A stretch of DNA of 64,000 nucleotides from Longimicrobiales bacterium. GTDB taxonomy: Bacteria; Gemmatimonadota; Gemmatimonadetes; Longimicrobiales; Gaopeijiaceae. Both the position numbers and the translations under genes were made by a program. The notes below the pieces were generated by a model that saw nothing but the letters and a program-made list of their open reading frames with translations, made no database searches and was not told the DNA's origin. The stretch covers positions 2,592,001-2,656,000 of the forward strand of contig OZ241869.1 in assembly GCA_965202805.1 (NCBI GenBank), given 5' to 3'. This document shows positions 1 to 9,180 of the stretch, one piece after another (the first letter of the stretch is position 1; the number at the start of each line of letters is the position of its first letter).

Positions 1-9
1 CGTGCCGGA

Positions 10-1554
10 GTGGCTGCCATGAACGCCGCCGGGGGTACGGCACTCACGCGCCGAAGCTTCGTGAAGGGCGCGGCGGCGGCCGCGGCCGCGCCGTGGGTGC
101 CCATGTCGCGGCAGCCGCGTTGGACCATCCCGCCGGTCGAACCGCAGGCGGTCCCGCTCTACGACCTGGAGGTGTGGCAGGCGGCCGATCTGATCCGCCG
201 GCGAATCGTATCTCCCGTCGAGTTGGCCGAGGTGACCCTCGAACGCATCGCGGAAACCGAGCCGCGGATCGAGACCTTCGTGAACCAGTACCCGGCCGAC
301 GAGATCATGGCCCAGGCGGAAGCCGCCGAGGACGAGATCGCTGCGGGGCGCTACCTCGGACCTCTGCACGGAATCACCGTGGGGCTGAAGGACATCTACC
401 TGACGGAGGGCAAGGTCACCGAGGGGAACTCCGGTCTCTACAGGGGCTTCACCCCCTCCTTCGACGCGACCTCCGTGGCAAGGCTCAAGGCCGCGGGAGC
501 CGTCATCGTGGGCAAGGTGGGCACCAGCGAATTGGCCACTGCGGACCAATGGCCTGCGAAAAACCCCTGGGACTTCGATCGAGTTGCCGGCGGATCCAGC
601 ACGGGCTCCGCGACCGGTGTCGCGGCGTCCCAGTTCATGGTGGGAATGGGCACCTGCACCGGCGGTTCAATCCGTGGTCCGGCCGCCAACTGCGGCATCA
701 CGGGGCTCAAGCCCACCTACGGAGCCATCAGCCTGCACGGGGTCCTCCCCCTCGCGTGGTCCATGGACCACCCCGGCCCGATGGTGCACAGCGCCCGGGA
801 CGCGGCGCTGGTGCTGGACGCGGTGGGTGGTGAAGACCCACTGGACCCGCACTCCCGCAAGGTGGCCCGCTACCGGACCGCCGAGGCGCTCTTCCTGGAG
901 CCCCGGCCCAACCCCCTCGAGCGGGTGGTGGTGGGCGTCCCCGCCGAAGACGACTTCCTCATGGGCGTGCCCAACGACGAGCAACTGGGCGCCTTCGGGG
1001 AAGCGGTGGAGGTGATGAGATCACTGGGGGCTACGGTCCGCACCGTGCGCACCAACGTGCTCTTCCCGGGACTCACGAGCCTGAGTTCGTTCTACCTGAT
1101 CATCCGAAGCGCGGAGGTGGGAGCGTATCAGCGGCACAACCTGCTGACCCAGCCCGAGAACATGTCCGAGGCCTACCGTTCGCGGGTCGCTTCGGGTGTG
1201 CTGATGCCGGGGCACGCCTACGTACAGGCTCAGCGGGTGCGCCGGCACTGGCGCGATCAGTTCCTCACCGTCTTCGATGAATGCGACGTGCTCATTCACC
1301 CGGCGGACGACATTGCCGGACTGGTCGAGGGTGAGGATCCCCCGCGTCCCCGGGAGTCGACCGGGAGCAAGACCAATCTCTGGAACCTGTCGGGGGCACC
1401 GGCCGTCGCCATCCCCACCGGGTTCTCCGAGGTGGAGGGAATGCCGCTGTCGATGCAGGTGGCGGCCGCTCCCGGGCGCGATGAGATTGCGCTCATCGTC
1501 GCGGACGCCTTCCAGCAGGTGACCGGGCACCACAGGGCGCGGCCGGCGTTGTAG
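10..1554 (+). CDS. Amidase signature family enzyme (GatA-like fold) with Tat signal peptide
   Basis: GLKD catalytic Lys, AGGSSTGS, GTCTGGSIRGPAANCG..GLKPTYG; N-terminal TRRSFVK twin-arginine motif; start could be ATG at 19. Confidence 0.9.
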   Translation: MAAMNAAGGTALTRRSFVKGAAAAAAAPWVPMSRQPRWTIPPVEPQAVPLYDLEVWQAADLIRRRIVSPVELAEVTLERIAETEPRIETFVNQYPADEIMAQAEAAEDEIAAGRYLGPLHGITVGLKDIYLTEGKVTEGNSGLYRGFTPSFDATSVARLKAAGAVIVGKVGTSELATADQWPAKNPWDFDRVAGGSSTGSATGVAASQFMVGMGTCTGGSIRGPAANCGITGLKPTYGAISLHGVLPLAWSMDHPGPMVHSARDAALVLDAVGGEDPLDPHSRKVARYRTAEALFLEPRPNPLERVVVGVPAEDDFLMGVPNDEQLGAFGEAVEVMRSLGATVRTVRTNVLFPGLTSLSSFYLIIRSAEVGAYQRHNLLTQPENMSEAYRSRVASGVLMPGHAYVQAQRVRRHWRDQFLTVFDECDVLIHPADDIAGLVEGEDPPRPRESTGSKTNLWNLSGAPAVAIPTGFSEVEGMPLSMQVAAAPGRDEIALIVADAFQQVTGHHRARPAL

Positions 1555-1631
1555 GAAGGTCCGGGGAGGCAGGGCGGGCCCGGAGCGGGATCGGCGACGC
1601 GCGGCTTCCGCGACGGCTCGGCGCCGCTGCT

Positions 1632-2216
1632 TCAGCCTGGTCTGCCCCAGGGCCGCACAAACGTCTCCGGCTCCACCCCCAGCCCGTCCGCTACCCGCGT
1701 GATGTAGTTGAAGTACCCGATCACCTGGGTCGCGTCGTGGATCGCGCGGTCGTCGAAGCCATGGCCGCGGAGCACTTCCAGATCATCCGCTCCCACTTCC
1801 GCCTGCCTGAGCGTCAGCTTCTCCGCATAGTCGCACAGCGCCTGGTCCGCCTCCGACAATCCCGCCTCGCGCCAGTCGCGCACGATGGCGTGCACGAAGG
1901 CGTCCCGCTCCTCGTCCGTCCCGAACAGCTCCTCGATCTCTTCCCGGAGATCATGCGCGTGCGCCTGCTCTCAGTAGAAGCAGCCGTTCACCTTCGAGGT
2001 GACCACGGCGAGCATCTCACGACGCCAGCGGTTCAGCGGGGAAGGCCCGAACATCAGCGTGCGGTAGAACCGCATGGTGGTCTGCATGACCCGGGGGTTC
2101 AGGCTCATCACGCGCACGATGTTCCAGATCCGGCCGGCCCGGTCCCGCGCCTCGCCGTACAGCTTGCTCAGGAGGCCGGCGGCCTCGGATTCGGAGATCT
2201 CTCTGATGTGGGACAT
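1632..2216 (-). CDS. AhpD/carboxymuconolactone decarboxylase-like peroxidase-related protein, probable selenoprotein (CxxU, UGA at 1971-1973)
   Basis: MSHIREI...REMLAVVTSKVNGCFY-UGA-EQAHAHDL... continues in frame into ORF 1632..1895 (LCDYAEKLT...GYFNYITRVADGLG); UGA occupies the second Cys of the AhpD CxxC-xxxH motif; hairpin downstream of the UGA. Confidence 0.85.
1935..1952 (-). promoter_or_regulatory. Putative bacterial SECIS element
   Basis: Minus strand GATCTC-CGGGAA-GAGATC stem-loop beginning 18 nt after the in-frame UGA; possible lower stem GAGCAG/CTGTTC. Confidence 0.65.
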
Positions 2217-2224
2217 GGGCAGGA

Positions 2225-4273
2225 CTACCTCGAAACCCCTTCGAAGTTGGTGTTCACGCCCGAGCGCCGGCTGCGGACCATCTGCGCGTCGGCGAATCCT
2301 CGCACCAGCCCGATGAAATCGCCAGCACTCGCGCGGAACATGGGCCCGCGCCCCGAGTCCGCGCCAACCGGCCAGGCCAGGTCGATGCGCGTGACGCGGC
2401 TCGAACCCGCCGGGAATGCGAGACGCAACCCGGCGCCGACAGCCCCCTTCCAGCCGGTGTCCGTGCCGAAGGGAACATCGCCTGCCCAGGCCCGTCCGGC
2501 ATCGGCGAAGAAGGTCATCCCCAGGTCGATCGAGGACGGGGCCGGCCACCCCAGATCCACGCGATTCTCGAAGGAAGCCACCACCCGGCGGCCCGCCGGA
2601 AAGTCCTCCTCCTTGTACCCGCGCACCACGTCCCGGCCTCCCAGGGTCAGCTGGAAGGGCGAAATGGTATTCCAGCCGCCGGCTGCGGAGACTCGCGCGA
2701 CCAGCGTCTTCGCGAAGCCCACACCGGGCTGCCAGTAGGCAAGCAGGTCGGCCTCCGAGAAGATGTCCCGCCAGCGCCCCGCCGCCTCGTCCTCGAAACG
2801 CACCCGCCGCGCCTCCGTCTCCGCATTCACCAGCAGCACCGCCGATGCCGAACCCACGCCCCCGAAGAACGAGACGCGGCCCATGAAATCGCTCGCAAGC
2901 GCGGCCGGTGACGCCCGCAATGACTCGTCTTGCCCCGACAGCCACCTTCCCAGCGGCAGACGCGGCCCCAGCGTCAGGGAAAGATCGACGCCCTGCGGTA
3001 CGCTCTGCTCCCCGCTCACCGCGTCCAGCCCGCGCCGGGTCTCGAAACGCACTTTTCGCCTGGCGAGAAGCAGGTTGAAACGGGTGAGATCGTGCCCTCG
3101 CGTCTGGCCCGCGAGACGGGAGCCGATGCCCGGTTCGTCGTCGAGCAGGTTGCCGAAGTCCAGACCCCGAACGAGCGACACGGAGTCCGGATACTCATCG
3201 AAGCGCAGCGTTTCGTGCGTGATGCCGAAACCGAGCAGGGTCAGATTCCCCGGCTCACCGAAGCGGTACGCCTGCGTGGCTTCGATGCGCTCCTCGAGCT
3301 CCGGAAGGAGGGCGTAGCTGTATTCGAATCCGGGATCGAGCACGTAGGGAAAGAGCGACTCGCGCCGGTAGAATCGCAGACGCCCCGCGAAGCGCCCCAC
3401 TTCTCCCACGAACGGGTAGACCAGCATCGCCTCGGCGAATCCGCCCGAGCGAGTTCGGCCCCAGTTGAAGCGCCCGTCCAGCCGTGTGCCGGCGAGGCGC
3501 GTGGAGTGCAGGGTGAGACCGTAGTCCTGTCGCTGCTTGCGCTCCTGGTAGAAGGCGCCGATCAGGTTGCCCGAGCCCAGGAAGTTCTCCTCCACCACGC
3601 TCGCGCCCTCGAACTGCAGCCCGTCATCGACGGTCACGTCGATCTGGATCTTGGTGGTCCACTCGTCGCGCGTCGTCACCCGCACGTGACGGGTGCCGTC
3701 CGGCTGGGGCTCCGCGACGATGTCCGCGGTAGCGATGAAGCCGAGTTCGCGCAGGATCCGTTCGGACTCCTCGAAGAGAAACGGGCCCGGGCAGTCCCCC
3801 TCGCCGAACAGCAGCTCGCCGGCGATGAATCCCTCCCGCGTGTCGACGTGCATGAAGTTGGCGAGCCCGCGCGTCCAGCGCAGAATGCGCGGCTGGGTCG
3901 GCGGTCCCGGGTCGAAGATGGGCTGGCTTTCGATGACGATGCGCGAGACCGGTCCCGCCTCGCAGGCCACGTCGTCACCGGGCGTCTGCGCACGTGCCGG
4001 AGCTGCCGCCAGGAGCCCGAACAGGAGGCAGGCGAGCAGACCGCCGCAGCGGGACGCGAGCGGCTGATTCCGGGAAACGCGGCACCATGAAGGGCTCGGG
4101 ACCCGAGGGCAGCCGGAGGAGCGGACGAAGACGGAAGCCGCGCCCGCAGGCGGAGCCGGAACTGCGAGATGAGGCAAAGGCGCCGTGGGATGTTGCTCGG
4201 AGGGAAGTTTGACTCGGAACTGGCGGAACCCGGGCCCGAAAACCCGGCAATATGCCCGAAGCCGACGTTCCAT
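2225..4273 (-). CDS. Omp85/BamA-TamA family outer membrane protein (POTRA-like domain plus beta-barrel); start uncertain
   Basis: Signal-like LLACLLFGLLAAAPARAQ, ELLFGEGD..EESERILRELGF, EENFLGSG, LGGRDVVRGY, FFADAGRAW, GAGLRL; nearest in-frame ATG is 4273, true start may be nearer 4050. Confidence 0.75.
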   Translation of the reverse strand: MERRLRAYCRVFGPGFRQFRVKLPSEQHPTAPLPHLAVPAPPAGAASVFVRSSGCPRVPSPSWCRVSRNQPLASRCGGLLACLLFGLLAAAPARAQTPGDDVACEAGPVSRIVIESQPIFDPGPPTQPRILRWTRGLANFMHVDTREGFIAGELLFGEGDCPGPFLFEESERILRELGFIATADIVAEPQPDGTRHVRVTTRDEWTTKIQIDVTVDDGLQFEGASVVEENFLGSGNLIGAFYQERKQRQDYGLTLHSTRLAGTRLDGRFNWGRTRSGGFAEAMLVYPFVGEVGRFAGRLRFYRRESLFPYVLDPGFEYSYALLPELEERIEATQAYRFGEPGNLTLLGFGITHETLRFDEYPDSVSLVRGLDFGNLLDDEPGIGSRLAGQTRGHDLTRFNLLLARRKVRFETRRGLDAVSGEQSVPQGVDLSLTLGPRLPLGRWLSGQDESLRASPAALASDFMGRVSFFGGVGSASAVLLVNAETEARRVRFEDEAAGRWRDIFSEADLLAYWQPGVGFAKTLVARVSAAGGWNTISPFQLTLGGRDVVRGYKEEDFPAGRRVVASFENRVDLGWPAPSSIDLGMTFFADAGRAWAGDVPFGTDTGWKGAVGAGLRLAFPAGSSRVTRIDLAWPVGADSGRGPMFRASAGDFIGLVRGFADAQMVRSRRSGVNTNFEGVSR

Positions 4274-4319
4274 GCTATGACACCCGCGGGTCCGATGTTC
4301 CCGGTCGGCTGCGCCCCCG

Positions 4320-4349
4320 TTGACCCTCGCCCGCCCTCGCGAATAAAAT
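4320..4349 (+). promoter_or_regulatory. Putative sigma70 promoter of pckA
   Basis: TTGACC-N18-TAAAAT in an AT-rich patch upstream of pckA. Confidence 0.5.
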
Positions 4350-4456
4350 TGAAACCGTTGTCTCCTCCGCGCGGCGTCGGGATTCGAGAGGCCCCGCGGA
4401 GGCTCGTGTTTTGGGCCGCCGACCTCGTCCATCCAGCCCGGAGTCCCCCGGATCCA

Positions 4457-6073
4457 ATGACCCTGCCAGCCCTCGACGTGTCTCCAACCGACTCGCGCGC
4501 GGCCGTCGAACTCGACGCCCACGGCCTGGCCCCCGCGGGGAGTATCCACTGGAATCTCTCCCCCGCGCAGCTCTGCGAGGCCGCCCTTGCCCGGGGCGAG
4601 GGCCATCTGGTGAACATGGGCCCCTTCGCCGCGGTCACCGTTCCGCACACGGGCCGCTCCCCCAACGACCGCTACACCGTCGAGGAGGCCTCCACGGCCG
4701 ACCAGATCGACTGGGGCCCGATCAACCGCCCCATGAGCGAAGCGCACTACCGGGCGCTCCGGGCCGACATCATCGACTATCTGAACCCGCGGGAACTGTT
4801 CGTGCGCGATGCCCACTGCGGAGCCGATCCGGGGCACCGAATCTCGGTTCGCGTGGTGAGCCCCAGCGCCTGGCACACGCTCTTCGTCTACAACATGTTC
4901 CTGCGTCCGTCCGCCGAGGAACTGGCCGCCATCCGCCCCGACTTCGTCGTGCTGCACGCGCCCCTGCTCCAGGCAGATCCCGCGCGCCACGGCACCCGCA
5001 GCGCCACCGCCGTGGTCGTGAATCTGGCCGAGCGGACCGTGCTGGTCGCGGGCACGCGCTACGCGGGCGAGATCAAGAAGTCCATCTTCTCGTCGATGAA
5101 CTTCTTCCTCCCCGGCAAGGGCGCGCTTCCCATGCACTGCTCGGCCAACATCGGCGACGACGGCGACAGCGCGCTCTTCTTCGGGCTCTCGGGAACCGGC
5201 AAGACCACGCTTTCCGCAGACCACGCGCGCCGCCTGATCGGCGACGACGAACACGGCTGGAGCGATGACGGCGTCTTCAACTTCGAGGGCGGCTGCTATG
5301 CGAAGGTGATCCGGCTCTCCCCGGAGAACGAGCCCGAGATCTACCGCACCACGCGCATGTTCGGGACCATCCTCGAGAACGTGATCTTCGACGAAGACAC
5401 GCGCGAGGTGGACCTGGACGACGACACCCTGACCGAGAACACCCGCGCCTCGTATCCCATCCACTACATCCCCGGGGCCGTGCCCGAAGGGCGGGGCGGG
5501 CATCCGAAGAACATCTTCTTCCTGACCGCCGACGCGTTCGGCGTGCTGCCGCCCATCGCACGTCTCACCCCGGAACAGGCGATGTACCACTTCCTGTCGG
5601 GGTACACGGCCAAGGTGGCGGGGACCGAGCGGGGCGTGACCGAGCCGCGCGCTACCTTCAGCGCCTGCTTCGGGGCGCCGTTCCTGCCCATGCACCCGAG
5701 CGTCTACGCCCGCATCCTGGGGGAGAAGTTGCGCCGCCACGGCTCTCAGGTGTGGCTGATCAACACCGGCTGGACGGGCGGAGGGTTCGGCACCGGCAAG
5801 CGCATGGATCTTCCGCACACGCGCGCGATGATCCGCGCGGCGCTCGACGGGTCGCTGGACGGCACGCCGACGCGAACCGATCCCGTCTTCGGGCTGGCGG
5901 TGCCGCTGGACGTCCAGGGCGTGCCCAGGGAGGTTCTGACCCCGCGTTCCACCTGGACCGACCCGGGCGCGTACGACCGTGCCGCCGCGCGGCTGGCGGC
6001 CATGTTCCGGGAGAACTTCTCAAGCTTCGCCGACGCCTCTCCGGAGGAGGTGCGGGCGGCGGGGCCGGAGTAG
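4457..6073 (+). CDS. pckA: Phosphoenolpyruvate carboxykinase (ATP)
   Basis: HTGRSPND, YAGEIKKS, MHCSAN, GLSGTGKTTLS, IGDDEHGW, NFEGGCYAK, TENTRASYP. Confidence 0.97.
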   Translation: MTLPALDVSPTDSRAAVELDAHGLAPAGSIHWNLSPAQLCEAALARGEGHLVNMGPFAAVTVPHTGRSPNDRYTVEEASTADQIDWGPINRPMSEAHYRALRADIIDYLNPRELFVRDAHCGADPGHRISVRVVSPSAWHTLFVYNMFLRPSAEELAAIRPDFVVLHAPLLQADPARHGTRSATAVVVNLAERTVLVAGTRYAGEIKKSIFSSMNFFLPGKGALPMHCSANIGDDGDSALFFGLSGTGKTTLSADHARRLIGDDEHGWSDDGVFNFEGGCYAKVIRLSPENEPEIYRTTRMFGTILENVIFDEDTREVDLDDDTLTENTRASYPIHYIPGAVPEGRGGHPKNIFFLTADAFGVLPPIARLTPEQAMYHFLSGYTAKVAGTERGVTEPRATFSACFGAPFLPMHPSVYARILGEKLRRHGSQVWLINTGWTGGGFGTGKRMDLPHTRAMIRAALDGSLDGTPTRTDPVFGLAVPLDVQGVPREVLTPRSTWTDPGAYDRAAARLAAMFRENFSSFADASPEEVRAAGPE

Positions 6074-6149
6074 CGCCGACGTACCGCGGGCCGAGCTCGC
6101 GCCCAATCCGAGAAACCGGCCCGGTACGGCGCCGGGACAGGGAGCCGAA

Positions 6150-6614
6150 ATGGCGAAGAAGCACTGGCTGATGAAGACCGAACCCGGCGTCTACTCGATC
6201 GACGACCTGGAGCGGGACGGCTACACCTGGTGGGAAGGCGTCCGCAACTACGGAGCCCGCAACAACATGCAGGCGATGAGCGTGGGCGACGAGGTGCTCT
6301 TCTACCACAGCATGGCCAAGCCGCCGGGAGTCGCGGGGCTCGCCCGGGTGTGCAAGGAAGCCTATCCGGACCACTTCGCCTTCGATCCCGACGAGCACTA
6401 CTACGACCCGAAGTCCGACCCCGCGAAGCCCCGCTGGTACATGGTCGACGTGGAGTTCGTGGAGAAGTTCCCCGAGGTGGTTTCGCTGAGGGACATCCGG
6501 CAGGTGGCGGGGCTCGGCGAGATGGTGCTGGTGAAGAACTCCCGCCTCTCGGTCCAGCCCGTGCGCGAGGAGGAATTCGAGATCATCCGGGCGATGGGCC
6601 GCGGCGGCGGCTGA
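6150..6614 (+). CDS. EVE domain protein
   Basis: HWLMKTEP..YSIDDL, WEGVRNYGARN, FYHS, YYDPKS, RLSVQPV; GGAG RBS. Confidence 0.92.
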   Translation: MAKKHWLMKTEPGVYSIDDLERDGYTWWEGVRNYGARNNMQAMSVGDEVLFYHSMAKPPGVAGLARVCKEAYPDHFAFDPDEHYYDPKSDPAKPRWYMVDVEFVEKFPEVVSLRDIRQVAGLGEMVLVKNSRLSVQPVREEEFEIIRAMGRGGG

Positions 6615-6682
6615 CCGCCGTCCCGAGCCGGCGTCCCGTTTCGCCATTGCTCCGCCCGCGCACGCGCCGGTAGACTCCCTGC

Positions 6683-7996
6683 ATGTCCCCCCGGAACGCG
6701 CCCGCCCTGATTCGCGACCCGATCTGGGGCTCCATCCGGCTGGACGCGACCGCCGTCCGCATCACGGACGCTCCCGCCTTTCAGCGGCTGCGCTACATCC
6801 GCCAGCTCGGGCTGGCCCACCTCGTCTACCCGGGCGCAACCCACACCCGCTTCGCCCACGCGCTCGGCGTGCACCACCTGGTGAGCACCGCCCTGCGCGC
6901 GCTCCGCGAGCGGGAACCCCTCCCCGACCAGGTGTGGCGGGGCGCGCGGCTGGTGCCCTACGCGGGACTCCTGCACGACATCGGCCACTACCCCTTCTCG
7001 CACGCGCTCGACGATCTGCGCGGCGACGATCATCCGGGCGATCACGAGGCGGTCGCGGCGCACTTTCTCGAGTCACCCGGCGTGCGCGAGGCCCTGACCG
7101 GCCTGGGACCGGGGGCCGCCGGGGAGATCGGCGCGCTCATCCGCGGCGAGAGCACCGCCCCGCTGCGGGGCCTGGTGCACGGAAGCCTCGACATGGACAA
7201 GATGGACTACCTCCGGCGGGACGCCCGCTCCTGCGGGGTGCCCTACGGAGAGGTCGATGTCGAGCGCCTTCTGCAGGGCCTCGTCATGCTCGAGGATCCG
7301 GAGACCGGCGCTTTCGAGGTGGGGGTGGGAGAGAAGGCGGTCAGCGCGCTGGAATCCCTCCTGTTCGCCAAGTATCAGATGTTCCGGAACGTGTACTGGC
7401 ACCACGGAGTGCGGGCGGGCACGGTGCTCTGCGCGCGCATCGTCAACGACGCGGTGGCCGCCGGGCTGGTCGGAGGGCGTGAGCTGGCGGGCCCGACGGA
7501 CGACGAACTCCTGCACCTGATCGGTCGCCGTGCACAGGCCCGCGGCGGACCCGTCGCCGACCGCATCCGCCGCCGCTGGCTCCCCGCCCTGCGGGCACGC
7601 CGTCTCCCCAAGCGCGCCGCCGAACTCACCGCCGCCGACCTGGGCGACCGGAGCCTCCCTGCCTGGATCGAGGCCCCGGGTCCGGAACGGCGGCGGCGGG
7701 AGGACCAGCTGGCCGAAGCGCTCTCCCTGGAGCCCGGCGAGGTGGTGATCGACTTTCCCTGCAAGCCGGCGATGTTCCAGGTGGATCTCCTGGTGCGACG
7801 CCGCAACGGGCGTGCCGAGAGGCTCGGCAAGGCCGGAATCCCCGGCGTAATCGATCTTCCCAGGGTGGCCCGCGAGCTCTACCGCACGTCCCGGGTGCTG
7901 CGCGTCTTCACCTTCCAGAAGAGGTCTCTCACGCCCGACGCGGTCCTCCGTCTGATCACGGAAACCAACGGGAACCCCGGCGGCAGTCGGGGTTAG
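6683..7996 (+). CDS. HD-domain phosphohydrolase (dNTPase/SAMHD1-like family)
   Basis: IRDPIWG, FQRLRYIRQLG, YPGATHTRFAH, LLHDIGHYPFSH, DMDKMDYLRRD, VYWHH. Confidence 0.9.
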   Translation: MSPRNAPALIRDPIWGSIRLDATAVRITDAPAFQRLRYIRQLGLAHLVYPGATHTRFAHALGVHHLVSTALRALREREPLPDQVWRGARLVPYAGLLHDIGHYPFSHALDDLRGDDHPGDHEAVAAHFLESPGVREALTGLGPGAAGEIGALIRGESTAPLRGLVHGSLDMDKMDYLRRDARSCGVPYGEVDVERLLQGLVMLEDPETGAFEVGVGEKAVSALESLLFAKYQMFRNVYWHHGVRAGTVLCARIVNDAVAAGLVGGRELAGPTDDELLHLIGRRAQARGGPVADRIRRRWLPALRARRLPKRAAELTAADLGDRSLPAWIEAPGPERRRREDQLAEALSLEPGEVVIDFPCKPAMFQVDLLVRRRNGRAERLGKAGIPGVIDLPRVARELYRTSRVLRVFTFQKRSLTPDAVLRLITETNGNPGGSRG

Positions 7997-8023
7997 GAAG
8001 CGTGGCACCGTTCTCCGGTGTTC

Positions 8024-8051
8024 TGGACAATCCCGGAAATCTTATTATGCT
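8024..8051 (+). promoter_or_regulatory. Putative sigma70 promoter of the sigma factor gene
   Basis: TGGACA-N16-TATGCT in an AT-rich intergenic patch. Confidence 0.4.
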
Positions 8052-8157
8052 TAAGGGCTGCGGACCTTACGCCTTGTGCGTGGGTATGCGGGGCCGACAC
8101 GAACGAAATGCCGGGGCGCCAATCGTCGCCGGAGCCGACAAGGAGACCGTTTTCAGA

Positions 8158-9087
8158 ATGCCCGCTACGCTGCGAAAGAAGGTGGTTCGTAGGAAGAAGG
8201 TGGTTCGTCGCCGAAAGAAGCGCTCGACCAGCCTGCTCGTCGGCTTCGATACCGGCGTCGAGGAGCAGAGTGCGCTCGACCAGTACCTGCGCGACGTCAG
8301 CCGGCACGAACTGATCACCCCGGAGCAGGAGAAGGTGCTGGGGGCGCGGGCTCAGAAGGGCGACGAGGACGCGGTGCAGGAACTGGCGCGCGCCAACCTG
8401 CGGTTCGTCATCAGCGTGGCCAAGAAGTACCAGAATCGGGGCGTATCGCTCACGGATCTCATCCAGGAGGGCAACGTCGGCCTGGTCACGGCGGCCCGGA
8501 AGTTCGATCCTGAGCAGGGGGTCAAGTTCATCAGCTACGCCGTGTGGTGGATCCGCCAGGCCATCCTGGCCTCCCTGGCCAATCAGGGCCGCTCGGTGCG
8601 GGTTCCGCTGAATCGCGCCTCCGACCTCGCGCGCATCTTCCGCGAGAAGGAGCGGCTGCGGCAGGAGCGCGGCCGGGAGCCCTCCCCCGAGGAGCTGTCC
8701 AAGGCGACCCGGCTCACCCCCGAACTGATCGAGTCGCTCCAGACCCTGAACGCCGCCGAAATCCGTCTCGACGCACCCATCGGCGACAGCGAGGACTCCC
8801 AACTGGTGGAGCGGTTCCTCACGGAGGAGGCGACCGAGCCCGAGCTGGGGGTGGAAGCCCGGCTGCTGGCCGAGTCGGTCAACGTGGCGCTCACCACGCT
8901 CGAGGCCCGCGACGCCAAGGTCCTGCGCCTCTATTTCGGGCTGCAGGGCGAGCGGGAGCACACGCTGGAGGAGATCGGCAACATGCTGGGGGTCACGCGC
9001 GAGCGGATCCGCCAGCTGCGCGACCGGGCGCTGCGCCGCCTGCGGGACGGCGAGAAGGGATCCGCGCTGGAATCCTTCGCCGCGTGA
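8158..9087 (+). CDS. RpoD/RpoS-type sigma-70 factor lacking region 1.1
   Basis: LDQYLRD (1.2), ANLRFVISVAKKY, DLIQEGNVGL, KFISYAVWWIRQAI, TLEEIG..LGVTRERIRQ; AAGGAG RBS. Confidence 0.93.
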   Translation: MPATLRKKVVRRKKVVRRRKKRSTSLLVGFDTGVEEQSALDQYLRDVSRHELITPEQEKVLGARAQKGDEDAVQELARANLRFVISVAKKYQNRGVSLTDLIQEGNVGLVTAARKFDPEQGVKFISYAVWWIRQAILASLANQGRSVRVPLNRASDLARIFREKERLRQERGREPSPEELSKATRLTPELIESLQTLNAAEIRLDAPIGDSEDSQLVERFLTEEATEPELGVEARLLAESVNVALTTLEARDAKVLRLYFGLQGEREHTLEEIGNMLGVTRERIRQLRDRALRRLRDGEKGSALESFAA

Positions 9088-9090
9088 CGT

Positions 9091-9120
9091 AGGGGTGCGG
9101 CGCCGCCTCGCACCCTTCTT
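9091..9120 (+). terminator. Possible intrinsic terminator or hairpin after the sigma gene
   Basis: AGGGGTGCG/CGCACCCTT 9-bp stem followed by a weak TTCTT tract. Confidence 0.35.
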
Positions 9121-9180
9121 CCCCCGCCGGGGGTCTCCATCCCCCGCGTCACCCGTCCGGGCTCACCGTATCGCCGGCCT

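Noticed and set aside
4274..5818. N-terminal half of the 1197-aa minus-strand ORF
   Set aside because: Antisense to pckA; only the 3' part encodes the Omp85-like protein.
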